Notes: a model not told the origin generated them from the sequence alone. A DNA stretch of 64,000 nucleotides from an uncultured Pseudomonadota bacterium (GCA_963836235.1 CAWIIP010000004.1:288001-352000), one strand, 5' to 3'; counted from the first letter of the stretch, positions 26,789 to 37,514 are shown. Program-made: numbers and translations.

Positions 26789-27793
26789 CTAGTCTTCTAT
26801 TTTTAAAACGGCGGCCCCTTCTAAACGTCCGGCACGGAGGTCCGCAAGGGCTTCATTGGCCATTTCCAAGGGATAAACCCTAACATGGGTTTCGACGGGA
26901 ATTTGAGGAGCCAGATTCAGGAATTCCTCTCCGTCCTGACGGGTCAAATTGGCGACCGATCGGATTTGCCGCTCGCCCCACAAGATGGAATAAGGGAAAG
27001 AGGGAATCTCACTCATGTGAATTCCGGCGCAGACAACCACTCCTCCCTTGGCAACCGACCTTAGGGCCATGGGAACCAATTCTCCGATGGGGGCGAAAAT
27101 AATTGCGGCATCCAAAGGTTCGGGTGGGGTATCACCCGATGCCCCTACCCAATCCGCTCCCAGCTTTTTCGCGAAGGCCTGGCTTCCGAAATCGCCTTGA
27201 CGGGTGAAGACGTAAACATCACGATTCTGATGTTTCGCGACCTGAATCAAAAGATGGGCCGCCGCTCCGAAGCCATAAAATCCCAGCCGCTTTCCTTCAC
27301 CCGCCATCCGTAAGGACCGATAACCAATCAAACCGGCACAGAGCAGGGGCGCCGCCTGTATGTTGGGATAGCTTTTGGGAATAGGAAAAGAAAAACGCTC
27401 ATCCGCTAGGCAGTACTCCGCAAAGCCACCATCCAATTGATAACCAGTGTAACGGGCGAGGTCACACAAGTTTTCATGGCCGCTTCTGCAGTAATCGCAG
27501 GTACCACAGCAGCCGCCCAACCAAGGAATTCCCACCCGATCCTTAACCTTAATCGTTTTTACCCCCGGGCCTAATGCCTCCACCACGCCCACCACCTGAT
27601 GGCCGGGAACCAAGGGCAATTTAGGCTCTTTAAGGTCTCCATCTACCACATGAAGATCGGTACGGCACACCCCGCAGGCCTTAACCCGGACAAGGACTTG
27701 GCCGGTCATGGGGATGGGTTTGGGAATGGTAGCCGCTTTTAAGGGCATTCCTTGGGATTTCAGTACCATAGCTTTTATGACATTTTGATCCAT
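26789..27793 (-). CDS. Zinc-dependent alcohol dehydrogenase (AdhP-like)
   Basis: GVCRTDLH, PGHQ, CGTCDYCRSGHENLC, APLLCAG. Confidence 0.92.
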   Translation of the reverse strand: MDQNVIKAMVLKSQGMPLKAATIPKPIPMTGQVLVRVKACGVCRTDLHVVDGDLKEPKLPLVPGHQVVGVVEALGPGVKTIKVKDRVGIPWLGGCCGTCDYCRSGHENLCDLARYTGYQLDGGFAEYCLADERFSFPIPKSYPNIQAAPLLCAGLIGYRSLRMAGEGKRLGFYGFGAAAHLLIQVAKHQNRDVYVFTRQGDFGSQAFAKKLGADWVGASGDTPPEPLDAAIIFAPIGELVPMALRSVAKGGVVVCAGIHMSEIPSFPYSILWGERQIRSVANLTRQDGEEFLNLAPQIPVETHVRVYPLEMANEALADLRAGRLEGAAVLKIED

Positions 27794-27935
27794 GAAATTA
27801 TTTTAACAGCGACAAGCCGTTCTTTTGTAATGAAGGAGTTCTTGAATATTTCCTTTATGGTTTTATCGGGTCTTTTTGTCGATTGGAACAGCCGAAGACG
27901 CAATTGGGGGCATTGTCCGGTTCTTTTTAGCCTTC

Positions 27936-27951
27936 TATGACGGGGGTCATA
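27936..27951. promoter_or_regulatory. Crp/Fnr-type box upstream of the Crp/Fnr gene (autoregulation)
   Basis: TATGA-cggggg-TCATA; -10-like TAATTT at 27973-27978. Confidence 0.8.
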
Positions 27952-28032
27952 AAGGACCTATGAGAGGCCACTTAATTTGATTCAAGTGAAGGTGGCCAAA
28001 TGAGGCACTTTTTCACGCAAAAAGGTGGATCT

Positions 28033-28695
28033 ATGAATGCGAAAAGCTTTCTTTCAACCATGGAAGTACTAAAGAATCTGCCGGCGGATCGGTTGGCCGA
28101 ATTCGAGAAAAAGATGATCGAAAAAAAGTACCCCAAAGGGGCTCCGATATTTCTGGAAGGTGACCCGGCGGAATATGTTTGGTTTGTGAAGGAAGGGCAT
28201 GTGAAGGCGGTCATCCATTCCGCGGGGGGCAAGGACATGACCCTCTGCATGGTGGGTGCCAACAGTATGTTCGGGACGTGCTGCTGTTTCGGGGGTGGTC
28301 AATATCCCTGTAATAGCATGGCCGAAACTGACACCACGGTGGTGGCTTATCCCATGAGAGATTTCTTGGATCTGCTGGAAAAATACCCAGGGATGGCTAA
28401 GGCGGTTGTTCGGGCGCTTTCGGAGAGGTTGCGTCAATCCAAAGATATGCAGGTTTTTGATCAAGAAAGCGTGGAAAAGCGGATACTTCATGTTTTGGTC
28501 GGCCTCGTGTCAGAATTCGGAAACACGATCCCTTTGACCCGCCGGGAGATTGCGGAGATGTGCGGCACGACGGTGGAGACCTGTATTCGGACCTTTTCCC
28601 ATTTGGAAAAAGAAGGACTGGTTTCGAGTACCCGCGGAAAAATTACGGTGCGTAATGTTCGGGATCTCATGGACCGGCAAGGGACAATTCAATAA
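28033..28695 (+). CDS. Crp/Fnr-family transcriptional regulator, Cys-rich
   Basis: IFLEGDPAEYVWFVKEG beta-roll; HTH LTRREIAEMCGTTVETCIRTF. Confidence 0.93.
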   Translation: MNAKSFLSTMEVLKNLPADRLAEFEKKMIEKKYPKGAPIFLEGDPAEYVWFVKEGHVKAVIHSAGGKDMTLCMVGANSMFGTCCCFGGGQYPCNSMAETDTTVVAYPMRDFLDLLEKYPGMAKAVVRALSERLRQSKDMQVFDQESVEKRILHVLVGLVSEFGNTIPLTRREIAEMCGTTVETCIRTFSHLEKEGLVSSTRGKITVRNVRDLMDRQGTIQ

Positions 28696-28725
28696 ACCAG
28701 ACCGATTGGTTCATTTCACCTTTGG

Positions 28726-31464
28726 TTATTTCAGATCAAGGTAGGCTGTTACGTAGTCATCGTCTGGTTTTTGCGTTTCCTTGAAGTTGAATTTCCGACA
28801 GACGGCGCGCATGGCCTGGTTTTCCGGAAGAATATAGGCGAAAACCCCCTCGATTTTCTCGGCACGGCCCGCCTTCAACAGCGACCCCAGGATCTCCGTT
28901 CCCAGCCCTATCTTGTGCCAGCGGTCCTCCACCAGGGTGGCAAACTCGGCGTCGGGGCCGAACTTGGAACGGCTCAAGCGGCCGATGGCGGCGATTTCCT
29001 TAGCGCCTTGCGGATTTTCCCATTCGGCCACCAGCACGATCTCCCGGTCGTAATCGACGTAACAGGTCCGGGTCAGCCTTTCATGAGTGGTGCGGGTGCT
29101 TAACTTGATGTCCTGAAAATACCTCATATAAACACTTTGGGCAGAGAGGGTCTCGTGGAATTTCACCAGCATGGGTTCATCCTCGGGGCGGATGGGGCGC
29201 AAGGTAAAAGACTTTCCGTCCTTCGATTTCCAGGGGGCGACATATTGGCTGGGATAGGGGCGGATCGCGAGACGGGGAAGTTTTTCAATCGGTGTAGCCG
29301 GGTCGTGTAGAACCACCCGGGCGTCCAGGGCGACCAGTGCTTGGGGGGAGGCCAGGAGGGGGTTAATGTCCAATTCCTTTATCAGCGGCTGTTCGGCGAT
29401 CAGGCGGCTGAAGCGAACCAGCAGTTGTTCTAGGGCCGCCAGATCAACGGGTTCCCGGCCCCGAACGCCTTGTAGTGCCCCATAAATTTTCGTGCGTTCC
29501 ATGAGCCGGCGGGCCAGAGTTGTGTTCAAGGGAGGAAGCGCCAAGGCCCGATCCTTATAAACCTCAACCAGCTGTCCGCCGGAACCGAAGAGCAAAACCG
29601 GACCCACCTGCGGGTCCAGGCTGCTGCCAAGGATAATTTCATACCCTTCCAGCGAAACCATGGGCTGGACCGTCACGCCTTGGAAATGCTCACTCCCCTT
29701 CAGGCTTGTTACCGAATTCTTGATACCGTCGAAGGCTTGTCTGACCTCGGTTTCGCTTTTCAAGTTCAGCTTCACGCCGCCCACATCGGTTTTGTGGGTC
29801 AGGGTGAGGGAATGCAACTTCAACACCACGGGATATCCCAATTCGGAAGCGGTTTTGGCCGCTTCTTCCGCGCTTTGGGCCAAAAGAGTCTTTGTGGTCG
29901 GGATTCCATAAGCCGCCAAAAGCAATTTGGATTCCAATTCGGTCAAGAGGGTACGGCCTTCCTGTCGGGCCTTCGTCAAAAGAGCGTGGGCCCCTTCGGG
30001 GTCGGGGGAAGGACCGCCTTCCAAAAGGCCGGGGGTTTCGTAGAGCGCCTTCAAGTTGTAACTGTACTGCCACATGTAATTGAACATCCGGCAGGCGGTA
30101 TCCGGAAAAGGGAAACAGGGCAGATTGGCCTGGCTAAGGATCGTTCGCCCCGCTTCCACGTCCGCACCTCCCATCCAACTGGCGAAAATGGGCCGGTCGC
30201 CCAACTTCGCATAGGCCGCCACCTGTTTGGCGGTTTCAGTGGGGTCGGTCATGGCCTGGGGGGTCAGAATGACCAAAAGCCCGTCGTTGCCCGAATCTTT
30301 GGACAGGATTTGAACCGATTTGGCGAAGCGCCCTGGGTCTGCATCACCCAACACGTCCACCGGATTGCCATGGCTCCAAGCGGAAGGCAGGAAGGAGGAT
30401 AAGGTTTCCTTTGTTTCTAGAGAAAGTTCCGCCAATTGGCCCCGGCCTTCAATGAGGGCATCGGTGGCCAGGACTCCCGGCCCGCCTGCGTTGGTGACCA
30501 GGCAAAGGCGTCGGCCTTTGGGGTGGGGCTGTTTGGAAAGGATGTCCGCCATGTAGAAAAGGTGGGAGATGTGATCCACACTCAAGACCCCGCAGCGGCG
30601 GAAGGCAGCCTCCAAAACCTCGTCGCTTCCGGCCAGCGACCCAGTGTGGGAAGCGGCGGCTTTGGCGGCGGCCTCCGTACGGCCCGCTTTAATAACAATA
30701 ATGGGCTTAGTGAGGGCTACTTCCCTTGCCGCAGAGAGGAAAGCCCTGGCATCGCCAATTGTTTCCATATATAGGACGATACTCTGGGTTTTGGGGTCAT
30801 TTCCCAAGTAGTCAATCATGTCCCCCCAGCCCACGTCCAGCATGGAGCCTAGAGAAACAATGGAGCTAAAACCTACGTTCTCCTGGAAACTCCAGTCCAA
30901 TACGGCGGTTAAGAGCGCGCCGCTTTGGCTCACAAAGGCCACGTTTCCAGGCCGTGCTATGGTATTGGCGAAGGTGGCGTTCAATCCCGAAAGGGGATTC
31001 ATAATCCCCAGGCAGTTGGGGCCAATGATGCGCATTCTGGCGGGTTTGGCTTTTGCGAGCACTTGTTGTTCCAATTCGGCACCCGAGGGGCCTACTTCCT
31101 TGAAGCCGGCTGAGATGATAATGGCGGCCTTCACCCCCACTTCCACGCACTGGGTAACTAAGTCAGGAACAGTGGGCGCCGGCGTCATGATGACTGCCAG
31201 GTCGATTGGATCGTGTAAATCAGAAATTCGGGGAACAGCTTTGACTCCTAGGACGCTGGGGTGGTTTGGATTGATGGGAAACACAGCTCCACCAAAAGGT
31301 GTCTTTAGCAGGTTAGAAAGAAGGGTTCGGCCAACGGTCCCGGGTTTTTCGGTGGCCCCGATGACGGCCACGTTCTTTGGGCGGAAAAAAGCCTCCAGGG
31401 GATTGGGCTGGGTACGCAAAAAGTCATGGGAACGGTCGGCGAGGGGTTTGGAGTCCATATTCAT
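28726..31464 (-). CDS. Acetate-CoA ligase (ADP-forming)-family / GNAT fusion (Pat/YfiQ-like)
   Basis: [41 protein letters not shown]; C-terminal GNAT domain. Confidence 0.92.
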   Translation of the reverse strand: MNMDSKPLADRSHDFLRTQPNPLEAFFRPKNVAVIGATEKPGTVGRTLLSNLLKTPFGGAVFPINPNHPSVLGVKAVPRISDLHDPIDLAVIMTPAPTVPDLVTQCVEVGVKAAIIISAGFKEVGPSGAELEQQVLAKAKPARMRIIGPNCLGIMNPLSGLNATFANTIARPGNVAFVSQSGALLTAVLDWSFQENVGFSSIVSLGSMLDVGWGDMIDYLGNDPKTQSIVLYMETIGDARAFLSAAREVALTKPIIVIKAGRTEAAAKAAASHTGSLAGSDEVLEAAFRRCGVLSVDHISHLFYMADILSKQPHPKGRRLCLVTNAGGPGVLATDALIEGRGQLAELSLETKETLSSFLPSAWSHGNPVDVLGDADPGRFAKSVQILSKDSGNDGLLVILTPQAMTDPTETAKQVAAYAKLGDRPIFASWMGGADVEAGRTILSQANLPCFPFPDTACRMFNYMWQYSYNLKALYETPGLLEGGPSPDPEGAHALLTKARQEGRTLLTELESKLLLAAYGIPTTKTLLAQSAEEAAKTASELGYPVVLKLHSLTLTHKTDVGGVKLNLKSETEVRQAFDGIKNSVTSLKGSEHFQGVTVQPMVSLEGYEIILGSSLDPQVGPVLLFGSGGQLVEVYKDRALALPPLNTTLARRLMERTKIYGALQGVRGREPVDLAALEQLLVRFSRLIAEQPLIKELDINPLLASPQALVALDARVVLHDPATPIEKLPRLAIRPYPSQYVAPWKSKDGKSFTLRPIRPEDEPMLVKFHETLSAQSVYMRYFQDIKLSTRTTHERLTRTCYVDYDREIVLVAEWENPQGAKEIAAIGRLSRSKFGPDAEFATLVEDRWHKIGLGTEILGSLLKAGRAEKIEGVFAYILPENQAMRAVCRKFNFKETQKPDDDYVTAYLDLK

Positions 31465-31839
31465 GGCAACATCCTAAGGGGCTCTTATTCGAAAAGAAAG
31501 CATAGGATCGTTGGCGTTCGATAAAACACAGGTCGATATCGAACCCTAAGACCCATTTTGTCATTGGGAGATGTCTTCAAGTGAGCCGGGGTGGACCGCC
31601 ATATAGACTTGGAAAAGTGGAAAGTTTGATTGACACGCATATGACACTCGTGGAAAATCAATCTCCCTTTGGAGAAAGCAAGTATGTAAAGCCCTTTCGT
31701 CGAAAGGGTTTTATTAATATCCGCCTTGAAGTTCGAAAAGGTAAGTATCTTGCTGGTGGGTGATGGGTAGCTTGTTCGATTCCAGCTATCTGGCCCATTT
31801 TTTTGGGGGGAAAAGACTCGGCTTTTCGTGAGGGTTAGT

Positions 31840-31927
31840 GGACAGGTGCCCGAGGGGTCAATGGGAGCAGACTGTAAATCTGCCGGCCGTCCGGCCTACG
31901 CAGGTTCGAATCCTGCCCTGTCCACCA
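31840..31927 (+). tRNA. tRNA-Tyr(GTA)
   Basis: Cloverleaf with long variable arm, CT-GTA-AA loop, GTTCGAATC, 3' CCA. Confidence 0.96.
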
Positions 31928-32038
31928 TATTTTTTGGCCAAAGGGAAACGGATAGTCCGATTCTCTTGCGGTTTTATGCACCAACTGGGAGCATCTTTAC
32001 TGTTATAGCGAAAACTGGGATACTTTTGGCTCATCGGT

Positions 32039-32113
32039 GCGGGAGTAATTCAGTGGTAGAATGCCACCCTTCCAAGGTGGACGTCGCCGGTTCGAATCCG
32101 GTCTCCCGCTCCA
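32039..32113 (+). tRNA. tRNA-Gly(TCC)
   Basis: GCGGGAG acceptor stem, CT-TCC-AA loop, CCA end. Confidence 0.97.
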
Positions 32114-32190
32114 TTATTTTTTAAGTCGAGGGATGAAACCTAAACCTTCCATAACTTGTTTCCCTTGTCAATCGATTGGAAATTGAAAAA

Positions 32191-33996
32191 ATGAAAGATA
32201 CTTTCGCCACCAGTAACCCATCGGAAGCCATTCCAGGGAACCCGAATCCCGTTACAGAAATGAATACCTTCATGGATGACAGGGTTATCCTTTACGGGCA
32301 TCCGGGTTTATGCCGTACTCCGGAAGAACTCCTTTCGAGCGACGGGTTTCAAATGATCCTGAAACATTTTCTGAAAAAAATGACCACCCAAGATTCTCCT
32401 ATATTGAACTGTATCTCGTCCTTCAAGACGGGTGGCGAATACGACACCCCTAAATTGGCCGGGTTTTTGAAGGACCTTTTGACTAAGGATGTGCAGGAGA
32501 CTGTTTTCGCCAATACCGACTTGGTCTTGTTGAAGGATTTCGTTGAAGAGCTCTACAGCTATTGGCGCCGCCGTGAACGCTTCGTTATTTTCGACCGGGA
32601 TGTGGAGGATGGCGGGATTGACCTGAAGGAATACCACCAAATCTTTGTCCGCGCTAATGAGGAATTTAAGAGTTTGGTGCTTGGTACTTACCGGCATATT
32701 TCCGCCCATGTGGCGGGAGATTGGTTTAAGGTTTATCGCCAGTTGCCCGCAGGTGTTGGCGTTGGTTTCTTGGCTGAAAAAATAAGTTGGAAATTTCCTT
32801 CAGAGACTTACCAAAAACTCAAGAACATCCCTTTCATCCGGCTGTCGCTCATCTATCCCCCTCTTATTTATTATACGAAGAGCAACAAACGCAAAGGCAA
32901 GTTCAATCCTTTGGCCAAAAATCCGATGGAATCAGTCAAACTCGATTCCTCCCGCTGGCTTTGTTTCCCGGCCAAAATCGGAACCCTTATTGTCTTTATT
33001 TATTTTCATAAAGATTTCATTTCGCACGCGGCGGGCCTTTCCAACCTTTTCGAGTTAGCCAGCGCGCAGGAGATCGCGAACCACAAACCCGATGGAATCA
33101 TGTTGTTCGGAGTTGATCCGTTGCTGATGGACAATCAGTTGGTCGGCTATTACGAAGACATTGCCAGTGGAGTATTGGTGGGCGCTGTGGCCTACCAAAC
33201 CCCGGATGTGGATTACTTCGGGTATTTTAAAAAAATGGCCCTAACCATCCACAATTTGATCATGATCGAAAGAGGAAACCTTCCTATTCATGGCGCCATG
33301 GCTAAGATCGACTTAAAGTCGGGTAAAAGCGCCCATGTGGTAATCGTTGGCGATTCTGGAGCGGGGAAGTCCGAATCCTTAGAAGCCTTCCGAATTCTGG
33401 CCGACAAATATATTCGTCAATTGACGGTTATTTTTGATGACATGGGTTCATTAAGTATCAATCCGGATGGACAAGTGGTGGGGCGTGGGACCGAAGTGGG
33501 GGCTTTTGTCAGATTGGATGATTTGCATCCTGGCTATGCCTATACCGAAATTGACAGGTCCGTTTTCATGAATCCCCATTTAAATAATGCCCGATTGGTT
33601 ATGCCGATTACCGAATACCGTCATGTGGTCGCGGGTTACCCCGTGGATCTCTTTTTGTACGCGAACAATTACGACAACGTGGATGAGGAGCATACTCATT
33701 TAGAATTGATGACAGATGAGGCTGCTTCCTATGAAGTCTTTGCCAATGGAGCTCGCTTAGCAAAAGGAACCACCGATGAAAAAGGACTGGTTCACACTTA
33801 TTTCGCCAATCCTTTTGGGGCGCCACAGAAGAAAGATAAACACGAGCCTTTGGCCAAAAAATTCCTGGGTCAATTGTTAAAGAATGGGAAAAAAGTCGGC
33901 CAATTACGGACCCGTTTGGGGATTTCAGGTTTCGAAACCAAGGGCCCCGAAGAAGCTGCCCAGTCCCTATTCCAATACATCACCAAAAATCTTTAA
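32191..33996 (+). CDS. Phosphoenolpyruvate carboxykinase-like P-loop protein
   Basis: YFGYFKK, PIHGA, GDSGAGKSE, IFDD, YFANPFG; start codon uncertain. Confidence 0.75.
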   Translation: MKDTFATSNPSEAIPGNPNPVTEMNTFMDDRVILYGHPGLCRTPEELLSSDGFQMILKHFLKKMTTQDSPILNCISSFKTGGEYDTPKLAGFLKDLLTKDVQETVFANTDLVLLKDFVEELYSYWRRRERFVIFDRDVEDGGIDLKEYHQIFVRANEEFKSLVLGTYRHISAHVAGDWFKVYRQLPAGVGVGFLAEKISWKFPSETYQKLKNIPFIRLSLIYPPLIYYTKSNKRKGKFNPLAKNPMESVKLDSSRWLCFPAKIGTLIVFIYFHKDFISHAAGLSNLFELASAQEIANHKPDGIMLFGVDPLLMDNQLVGYYEDIASGVLVGAVAYQTPDVDYFGYFKKMALTIHNLIMIERGNLPIHGAMAKIDLKSGKSAHVVIVGDSGAGKSESLEAFRILADKYIRQLTVIFDDMGSLSINPDGQVVGRGTEVGAFVRLDDLHPGYAYTEIDRSVFMNPHLNNARLVMPITEYRHVVAGYPVDLFLYANNYDNVDEEHTHLELMTDEAASYEVFANGARLAKGTTDEKGLVHTYFANPFGAPQKKDKHEPLAKKFLGQLLKNGKKVGQLRTRLGISGFETKGPEEAAQSLFQYITKNL

Positions 33997-34009
33997 CCGC
34001 AATTGACAA

Positions 34010-34025
34010 GCTGACGGTCGTCATA
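34010..34025. promoter_or_regulatory. Degenerate Crp/Fnr-type box at class II position
   Basis: GCTGA-cggtcg-TCATA; -10 TAGACT at 34047-34052. Confidence 0.6.
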
Positions 34026-34097
34026 AAGATCTCGGCTTCGGTTGGCTAGACTTCGTACTCGGATAAATCCGTAAAAATTCATTCTTGGAGGTGGGTT

Positions 34098-35501
34098 TTG
34101 AATTTTCGAATCGAACATGATTCCATCGGTGAGTTGAAAGTGCCCGAAGAGGCTTTGTGGGGAGTACAGGCCGAAAGGGCGGTTCAAAATTTTCCCATCA
34201 GCGGCATCAAACCCCATAGGGTGTTTATCCAAGCGACGGTTCATATCAAGAAAGCGGCGGCGAGATTTCACGCCGAGGTAGTGATGCTGGATAAGAAAAA
34301 GGCCGAAGCCATTGCCGCGGCCTCCGATGAAATTTTAAAGCAGGACAAATGGTTGGATCATTTCGTGGTGGACGTGTACCAAGCCGGCGCCGGTACCAGC
34401 CACAACATGAATACGAATGAGGTTTTGGCCAACCGAGCGATAGAGTTGTTAGGGGGGAAGCGGGGAGACTACAAACTTATCCACCCGAACGATATGGTGA
34501 ATATGGGCCAATCCACCAACGACGTGATTCCAACCGCTATCCGCCTCTCGGGACTCCTGCTAACTCGGGATTTTCTTCCCGTCCTTAAGAAATTAGCCTC
34601 TACTTTTCGAAATAAAGGGAAGGAATTTGGGAAAGTCTTTAAATCGGGACGCACGCACTTACAAGACGCGGCTCTTATGACATTAGGCCAGGAATTCAAT
34701 GCTTATGCCGAAAACCTGGAAAGGCATTGCCTGAGAATCGAAAGGGCGTCCGGGGATTTAACTGAACTCGGTATTGGCGGTTCGGCGGTGGGCACCGGAC
34801 TTAACACTCATAAGGATTATTGCAAGGGAATGGCTACGTTGCTTTCCGAACAGACGGGATTGCAATTGACGCCCCATCCCAACCTCTTTGAAGCGATGCA
34901 GAGTATGTCTCCCTTTGTATCCCTTTCCAATGCTTACCGGAACTTGGCCTTGGACTTGATTCGTATTGCCAACGATTTCCGCTTGATGACGAGTGGTCCG
35001 GCCACCGGTTTTGGGGAAATCCTTTTGCCGGTGATGCAGCCAGGATCGTCGATTATGCCTGGCAAGGTTAATCCGGTGATGGCTGAGTGCCTTAATATGG
35101 TTTGTTACCAGGTATTGGGACACGATACGACAGTTGCTTTTGCCGCCCAAGCGGGTCAAATGGAATTGAATGTGATGATGCCTGTTTTGGCCTATAACTT
35201 GAACCAGGAAATTACTCTTTTGACCAATATGCTCAAAGCCTTTGATGAAAAATGCGTTTCAGGTGTGAAAGCCGAAGAAGCCAGGTGCCGCTACTATGCG
35301 GATCAGAGTACTCAGGTGGCCACGGCCTTGAACCCTGTTATTGGATACGAGAAAGCGGCTGAAGTGGTAAAAGCCGCATTGAAAGAGGGGAAGACAGTTC
35401 GCCAGGTCGTTTTGGAGAAAAAAATATTGACCGAGGAAAAATATAATCAAGCGGTTCAATTGGAAAAAATAGTCGATCCGCACGGAAGGGCCGGGGAATG
35501 A
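34098..35501 (+). CDS. aspA: Aspartate ammonia-lyase / class II fumarase family
   Basis: GRTHLQDA, GSSIMPGKVNP; DVYQAGAGTS is aspartase-like. TTG start after GGAGG. Confidence 0.8.
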   Translation: MNFRIEHDSIGELKVPEEALWGVQAERAVQNFPISGIKPHRVFIQATVHIKKAAARFHAEVVMLDKKKAEAIAAASDEILKQDKWLDHFVVDVYQAGAGTSHNMNTNEVLANRAIELLGGKRGDYKLIHPNDMVNMGQSTNDVIPTAIRLSGLLLTRDFLPVLKKLASTFRNKGKEFGKVFKSGRTHLQDAALMTLGQEFNAYAENLERHCLRIERASGDLTELGIGGSAVGTGLNTHKDYCKGMATLLSEQTGLQLTPHPNLFEAMQSMSPFVSLSNAYRNLALDLIRIANDFRLMTSGPATGFGEILLPVMQPGSSIMPGKVNPVMAECLNMVCYQVLGHDTTVAFAAQAGQMELNVMMPVLAYNLNQEITLLTNMLKAFDEKCVSGVKAEEARCRYYADQSTQVATALNPVIGYEKAAEVVKAALKEGKTVRQVVLEKKILTEEKYNQAVQLEKIVDPHGRAGE

Positions 35502-35586
35502 CGGAGTATATTTTGATGTTACCTTCTAATGGGGGATGGTGTTATCCGAAAGCGGGAAAAACGGCCTGAAATATAGCCATTTCTCC

Positions 35587-35614
35587 TTGACAGGTAACCT
35601 TTCAAACGTACAAT
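35587..35614 (+). promoter_or_regulatory. Sigma-70 promoter of tRNA-Thr-tuf
   Basis: TTGACA-N16-TACAAT. Confidence 0.7.
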
Positions 35615-35637
35615 ACCTTACTCTTGTATGACCCCCC

Positions 35638-35713
<76 letters not shown>

Positions 35714-35759
35714 TGTTATGTGGTAACCCAAAGTTTATATTTTTTTGGAGGAACGGAAG

Positions 35760-36950
35760 ATGTCAAAAGAGAAATTCGTACGCAATAAGCCGCACGTGAA
35801 TATTGGGACGATCGGGCACGTCGATCATGGAAAGACGACGCTGACGGCGGCAATCACGACAGTTTTGGCGAAGAAGGGTTGGGCGACCGCGAAGGGATAT
35901 GCGGACATCGATAACGCCCCGGAAGAAAGGGAGCGTGGAGTTACCATTAATACCTCGCACGTGGAGTACCAAACAGCAAATAGACATTACGCCCACGTGG
36001 ACTGTCCAGGGCACGCGGACTATATCAAGAACATGGTGACGGGAGCGGCGCAGATGGACGGTGCGATTCTGGTGGTCTCGGCCGCCGATGGCCCGATGCC
36101 GCAGACAAGGGAACACATTTTGCTGGCCCGCCAGGTAGGGGTACCATTTATGGTTGTTTTCCTGAACAAGTGCGACATGGTGGATGATAAAGAACTGTTG
36201 GAATTGGTGGAAGTTGAAGTGCGTGAACTCTTGACCAAGTATGGATTCCCTGGAGACAAGACGCCGGTGATTAAAGGCTCGGCGACGAAGGCCTTGGAAG
36301 GGGATACTAGTGAGCTTGGGGAACCAGCGATTTTCAAATTGATGGAAGCGGTAGATGCCTATATTCCCGAGCCAAAGAGAGATGTGGACAAGGACTTCCT
36401 GATGGCGGTGGAGGACGTGTTCCTGATCACTGGCCGTGGAACGGTAGCGACGGGTCGTGTTGAAAGAGGCCGGGTGAAGGTTGGGGAAGCGGTGGAGATT
36501 GTCGGGATCAAGCCGACGAAGGACACGGTTGTGACGGGTGTTGAAATGTTCCGCAAATTGCTGGATGAAGCCCAAGCGGGAGACAACATCGGCGTACTCT
36601 TAAGAGGTGTGGAGAAGAAGGATATTGAGCGGGGACAGGTTTTGGCCAAGCCCAAGAGCATCCTGCCGCACGCGAAGTTCAAGGGAGAGGTTTACGTGTT
36701 GACGAAAGAGGAAGGCGGGAGGCATACGCCGTTTTTCAACGGGTACAAGCCGCAATTCTTCTTCCGTACGACGGACGTGACGGGATCGGTGCAACTGCCG
36801 CAAGGGGTGGAGATGTGCATGCCGGGGGACAATATCACGATGGACATCGAGTTGATCGTGCCGGTGGCGATGGAAAAAGAGCTGAGGTTCGCGATCCGAG
36901 AAGGCGGCCACACGGTAGGCGCCGGCGTCGTAACCCAGATCGTTGAATAA
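35760..36950 (+). CDS. tuf: Elongation factor Tu
   Basis: [21 protein letters not shown]. Confidence 0.99.
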   Translation: MSKEKFVRNKPHVNIGTIGHVDHGKTTLTAAITTVLAKKGWATAKGYADIDNAPEERERGVTINTSHVEYQTANRHYAHVDCPGHADYIKNMVTGAAQMDGAILVVSAADGPMPQTREHILLARQVGVPFMVVFLNKCDMVDDKELLELVEVEVRELLTKYGFPGDKTPVIKGSATKALEGDTSELGEPAIFKLMEAVDAYIPEPKRDVDKDFLMAVEDVFLITGRGTVATGRVERGRVKVGEAVEIVGIKPTKDTVVTGVEMFRKLLDEAQAGDNIGVLLRGVEKKDIERGQVLAKPKSILPHAKFKGEVYVLTKEEGGRHTPFFNGYKPQFFFRTTDVTGSVQLPQGVEMCMPGDNITMDIELIVPVAMEKELRFAIREGGHTVGAGVVTQIVE

Positions 36951-36973
36951 AGAAACCGAAGGAATAGACACCC

Positions 36974-37123
36974 ATGCGTGAACAAATTACATTGGCTTGT
37001 TCGGACTGCAAACGCCGCAATTACCATAAGACGCGGGATAAAAGGAAGACTCCGGATAAGCTGGAGGTCAAGAAGTACTGTCGGTGGTGCCGCAAGCACA
37101 CCTTGCATAAGGAAACCAAATAA
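36974..37123 (+). CDS. rpmG: 50S ribosomal protein L33 (Zn-ribbon form)
   Basis: Manual translation [17 protein letters not shown]...[17 protein letters not shown] (49 aa, absent from the ORF track). Confidence 0.96.
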   Translation: MREQITLACSDCKRRNYHKTRDKRKTPDKLEVKKYCRWCRKHTLHKETK

Positions 37124-37136
37124 GCCGAAATTTCTT

Positions 37137-37212
37137 AGGGCAGTAGCTCTAATGGTAGAGCGGCGGTCTCCAAAACCGCGCGTTGAAGGTTCGAATCCTT
37201 CCTGCCCTGCCA
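37137..37212 (+). tRNA. tRNA-Trp(CCA)
   Basis: CT-CCA-AA loop; canonical position before secE. Confidence 0.96.
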
Positions 37213-37296
37213 GCTATGTAAATTATTAAATTGAGCAGGAAGCCAATGGCCGCCCTGCCATTGGGATGAAAGAACAGACGGTTAAAAAGGTGAGGA

Positions 37297-37491
37297 ATGT
37301 TCGAGAACTTAAAGGTTTTTTTCGCGGAAGCGAAGTCGGAATTTAAGAAAATCTCTTGGCCCAATTGGGATGAGATCAAAGGCTCCACGGCCGTGGTTTG
37401 CGTCACGATCATTTTTTTGATGGTTGTGCTATTTACATATGACACTGTTATTGAGCCTTGTGTTAATTTTGTTATGAGAGTTCCTAAGTAA
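37297..37491 (+). CDS. secE: Preprotein translocase subunit SecE
   Basis: EFKKISWP plus one TM helix. Confidence 0.95.
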   Translation: MFENLKVFFAEAKSEFKKISWPNWDEIKGSTAVVCVTIIFLMVVLFTYDTVIEPCVNFVMRVPK

Positions 37492-37514
37492 ATTAAAGAG
37501 AGGTAGTCTTGCAA

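Noticed and set aside
27829-27844. Regulon box upstream of the alcohol dehydrogenase
   Set aside because: AATGA-N6-TCTTG breaks the TCA core and the -10 spacing is off.
1-31500. Island as a prophage, ICE or defence locus
   Set aside because: No integrase, att duplication, phage, conjugation or defence genes are visible; composition resembles the core genes.
31828-32124. 98-aa ORF; likewise 36978-37229
   Set aside because: They overlap tRNA genes and rpmG.
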